From Trichodelitschia bisporula (lineage: Eukaryota): DNA of 64,000 nt. Below are positions 60,500-64,000 of the stretch, piece by piece; the first letter of the stretch is position 1, and every line of letters begins with the position of its first letter. A program made the position numbers and the translations under genes. The stretch spans positions 1 through 64,000 of the forward strand of contig ML996693.1 of NCBI GenBank assembly GCA_010356995.1. Direction: 5' to 3'. The notes under the pieces were generated by a model that saw only the letters and a program-made list of their open reading frames with translations, ran no database searches and was not told where the DNA came from.

Positions 60500-63003
60500 T
60501 ATGTCAAATTATGCTGGCAAAGAATAAATATATGTGTAAGACAAAAGACGATTGTGCAGGTTCAATGAACGACAGTGAGGCTCTTCAACGAGAGGACGGA
60601 AACGATATACGCTCCTTTGCAAAAAGACAGATGGTTGAGGAGAGAAAGGTGGGAGGGAAACGACGAGGCTATAAGTCTTGCCAGTAAGCCACCATCAGCA
60701 TGCAATACCGCCATGGCTGCGAGGGTGAAGTCTGGATTGCGCGGGGGTCGGCTCAGCCGTATCGCTCCTTTCTGCTTAATGCCATGCAAAGAGGCTGACG
60801 CCCATATGCCTGGTGATGGGGGGGGGGTTAGAAAAGACGTGGTGAGAGAAATAATGAGGTGGTTGAGCGGGGGGTGGTGATGTTCCCGGATGATGACACC
60901 CCGGTAAGGCTCGCTAGCGTCAACTTTTTTGTGAGTGATCCCCTGCTAGGGGACTCTTGGGACCTGCAAGGTACCGGGCGGGTAGCAGCCAATTGATGAG
61001 GAGACGAGGTCAGCGGTTAACGAAATTGACTGGACGCCGGAGGGGAGAGCGGAAGAGCATTGCTGTTGTGGCTTATGCTGACTCGCCTGCCATTCGATGT
61101 GCATCGCCGCTATTTTGCGCCTCGAGCCGAGAATGGGCTTGGATGGAGTTCGGTCGAACTTTCTCGCCAAGTTGGGCCGTGGCACCAGAAAGCGGGGCGT
61201 CCGACATATTCCGTTGGTGTTGATCTAATGCTTCCGCGGTGAGAGTGGAGAATGCTGTTGGGGGGAATCTATACTCTGGAGTCCCGCAGATAGCACGGCA
61301 GGCCGGTGAGCGCGGCGGCGTGCTTCAATGCCTACCCGGCAAGCCACGGCGGTGAGCTTGAGATTGCGCTGTGAACTTGCAACATGAGGCGCTCTGCGGG
61401 CAAGTCAGTCAGCCTCATCTGGCCAGCGTCTCAGAGTCCGATGCGGAGGGAGGGAGGGCGGAAGATGCCATCGCCCAGCTGGCCGCCATGTGCCCACAAT
61501 CTACCAGCCATCTGTCCATGATCTCATGGAAGGCGAACGCACGAGAGATGAGCGGGCCATGGTCCGAAAATCCTCGGCAGGCTTGGTGTAGCTGTTTTAG
61601 GCTTTAGCAAATGTGGGAGTGTTCATTTGTGCTTCTACTTCGTAGCAACCCAGGCACCCGCGCTGCTGGTCAGATGTGGCACTTGCCGATTAGGACAGTG
61701 AGTTTATCGATTTGTTATCATCGGAACAATAATGACAGACTCAGATCACACAGCTGCCGTTGACGTTGCGACTGGCTAAGACTGTGCTGTGTATCGTGAG
61801 CAACGTGAAGGCATTATGCGCGTCCGTTAACCTTCAAATGCTCCGACTTTCCAACGGAGCATTTGCGCAGTCGCGTGTGTGTGCGGCTGAGATCAACGTC
61901 GACTAGGTACGGGTTAAGCTCTTTTCATCCCAGTTCCTCATCCTGGCAACGTCCAAGGATAGCTCTCGACTCTTTTTTTTGCTTGACCGGGGTGCACGGC
62001 GACGCTCCCACGGGTTGACGCAGGGGTTGATGTTCTTCCTCACCTGAAGTACCCGTACTCAAGCCTGACGGGAAACGACTGGGGGCGGGGAAACAACTAA
62101 GGGCGAGGGACAAGCGTTAACAGGCGGGAACTAAACATGGCGTTTTTGTTTGGAAGGGAGCAAAATATGTTTATGCTAACGACAAACATTGGATGACGAC
62201 GGCTGCTTTTGGATGCTGTGCTGTCAATACTTCGTCGTCGTTGTGATGGGCTATCTGAATGCAGCGAGGGGTTGTGAATCGATGCTGGTGCAGGGAGCAA
62301 GTTTGTCGAAGACGAGAGGTCAGAGGTCACTTGCAGTAAGCCACTCAGGGGATACGAGGTGAGAAGTGTTGTGATGGTGGAGAAGGGGGGTTGGCGAAGG
62401 TCCCCGTAGTTGGAGGCCTGGCTTGGGAAAGGAAGAAGTAGGCGTCTGTGTGGGGCGTGTTGGTTGGCCTGAATAGGGGTGCGCAACAGCTACGGATCAT
62501 TAAATATCCGCCCGGACGTACCTCCTCCGCGCAGGGGTGTCCCGCGCCTACCCTCATTTGCGTGGATTTGAGTGGAAAGCATCACCAACGCCTCCGTAAG
62601 CCTCTCCCCACCTCTATACGCCTTCATCCACGCCTTCATCCACGCCTCCATCCACGCCCTACCCGTACCAACTCGTCCGCGCCTAAGAAGCCGTGATAGC
62701 TGACCAATTCAGCGGCCCCCAATCGTCCCCACAAAGCCAAATAAAGCACATGTACATCTCCATTCCTCCTGTACCCCTACCTTCCCTGTCTTGTTGCACG
62801 TAACTGGTGAGTGGTCATGGGAAGCTCTCGGTCCGCGATGAGTGCTCGAGTAACACTGCCGCAGCTTGCTGCGCCATCCCACACCCGACACGCGCCCGCA
62901 AGCCTTGCACGGAGTCTGCCGCTGCCCGCTATGCATGTTTTCATATTCCCTCTTCTCTAAGCCTGCTCATTTCCCGCCAGTCCTCCGTTTCTTGTCGTCC
63001 AGG

Positions 63004-64000
63004 ATGCCTCCTCCCAGGAAATCCGTTGCCATCATCGGCGCTGGTCCGGCTGGTTTGGTGGCCGCCAAGACGCTGCTCCAGTCCCGCTTCGATGTGACCG
63101 TCTTCGAGAAGAAGAGTCGTGTCGGTGGCATGTGGGGTGTGGAGCCGGGTGGGCAGGGTGACTTTTGTTCGCCGGATATGCCTACCAACTTGTCCCGATT
63201 CACCGTCGCCTTTTCCGATTTTGATTGGACTTTCGTAGATGTCGGCCCGACGGGCGTGCCCATGTTCCCGAAGGCGTGGATGGTTGGACGATATCTCCAG
63301 GCCTATGCGGACCGATATATCCCCTCTGAGGCCCTAAAGCTCGAGTCTGAAGTCACCAGTGCCGACCTTTGCCCGTCAGGTTGGCGTCTATCCTGGAAGA
63401 GTGCGCAAGAGGATACCTGCACCGCTGAGTTTGACCATCTCATCGTTGCGTCAGGCTTTTTTTCAAAGCCATGTTCTCCTGCAAGTGCCGGTCAAAACCC
63501 AATCTCCATCCACAGCTCTCAATACCGCGATCTCGCCACTCTCCTGCCTTCGTCACCGCGCGAAGGTGCGATTGTGGTGGTAGGTGGGAGCATATCCGGG
63601 ATCGAGTGCGCTGCAACAGTTGCCTCGCACATCTCGGACGCGAACTGGGCCCCGGATGCAGAGAAAGAGGCTGCCTTCCGCTACCAGCTGTATCATATCG
63701 CATCACAACCGTTCTACGTGCTTCCCAGGTACCTGCCCACTGATCCCAAACCATCTAGACCTACCTTTTTGCCAATTGATCTGGTGATATACGACCTCAC
63801 GCGCAGACCCGACCCAGTCGAACCAGCAGGCGGTCTCATGCCCGAGGACAAGGCGCAAAAGTCGCATGCTTTCTTGGCCGGGCTTGCCAGCGGACAACCT
63901 CTGCCCATTTCCGCAGACGACAAGAAACTACCGTCCTACATCGGCATCAGCGACACCTACGCACAGCATGCCGCCGGCGGTTCAGTCATTCCCGTCCGCG
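63004..64000 (+). CDS. Flavin-containing monooxygenase (FMO-like), 3' end outside the window
   Basis: [74 protein letters not shown]. Open to the window end. Confidence 0.9.
   Translation, partial: MPPPRKSVAIIGAGPAGLVAAKTLLQSRFDVTVFEKKSRVGGMWGVEPGGQGDFCSPDMPTNLSRFTVAFSDFDWTFVDVGPTGVPMFPKAWMVGRYLQAYADRYIPSEALKLESEVTSADLCPSGWRLSWKSAQEDTCTAEFDHLIVASGFFSKPCSPASAGQNPISIHSSQYRDLATLLPSSPREGAIVVVGGSISGIECAATVASHISDANWAPDAEKEAAFRYQLYHIASQPFYVLPRYLPTDPKPSRPTFLPIDLVIYDLTRRPDPVEPAGGLMPEDKAQKSHAFLAGLASGQPLPISADDKKLPSYIGISDTYAQHAAGGSVIPVR

Noticed and set aside
62619..62659. Three to four copies of a 12-bp ACGCCTTCATCC repeat upstream of the FMO gene
   Set aside because: Ordinary short slippage repeat with no further structure.
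1..64000. Secondary-metabolite or bioluminescence gene cluster
   Set aside because: There is no PKS, NRPS or terpene synthase in the window. Tailoring-type genes are scattered among housekeeping genes and lie 18-40 kb from the Luz-like gene.

Overview
Eukaryotic DNA from a filamentous ascomycete (Pezizomycotina; Dothideomycete-like by impression only). The region is GC-rich and gene-dense, with many short (mostly ~40-60 nt) GT..AG introns carrying CTRAY branch sites, so the ORF track fragments most genes. About 30 protein-coding loci are supported. Housekeeping genes include MAK21/NOC1, mitochondrial ProRS, RXT2, TRAPPC11, APQ12-like, SAS10, EMC5, EF-1beta, RPL35, SEN54, an arrestin-fold protein and a cyclophilin. 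Transporters are an MFS permease and a twin-His ammonium permease. Enzymes are a FAD monooxygenase, a LaeA-like methyltransferase, App1 phosphatase, an AsaB/CmcJ-like oxidoreductase, a degenerate beta-lactamase-fold protein, a class II peroxidase and a partial FMO. A disrupted AA9 LPMO lies at the left edge. Most notable observations: (i) an orphan island at ~37.0-41.8 kb, where ten ~61-bp degenerate repeats abut an intronless 983-aa secreted Trp-rich repeat protein, followed by an orphan gene with a duplicated exon+intron unit; (ii) a homologue of fungal luciferase (Luz fold) with no bioluminescence cluster around it; (iii) a U18/snR18-type box C/D snoRNA inside an EF-1beta intron; (iv) a 314-bp tandem duplication of the cyclophilin 3' end; (v) a spliced 83-aa ORF missed by the ORF track. 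Gene models were spliced by eye, and family calls come from motif recognition rather than database searches.
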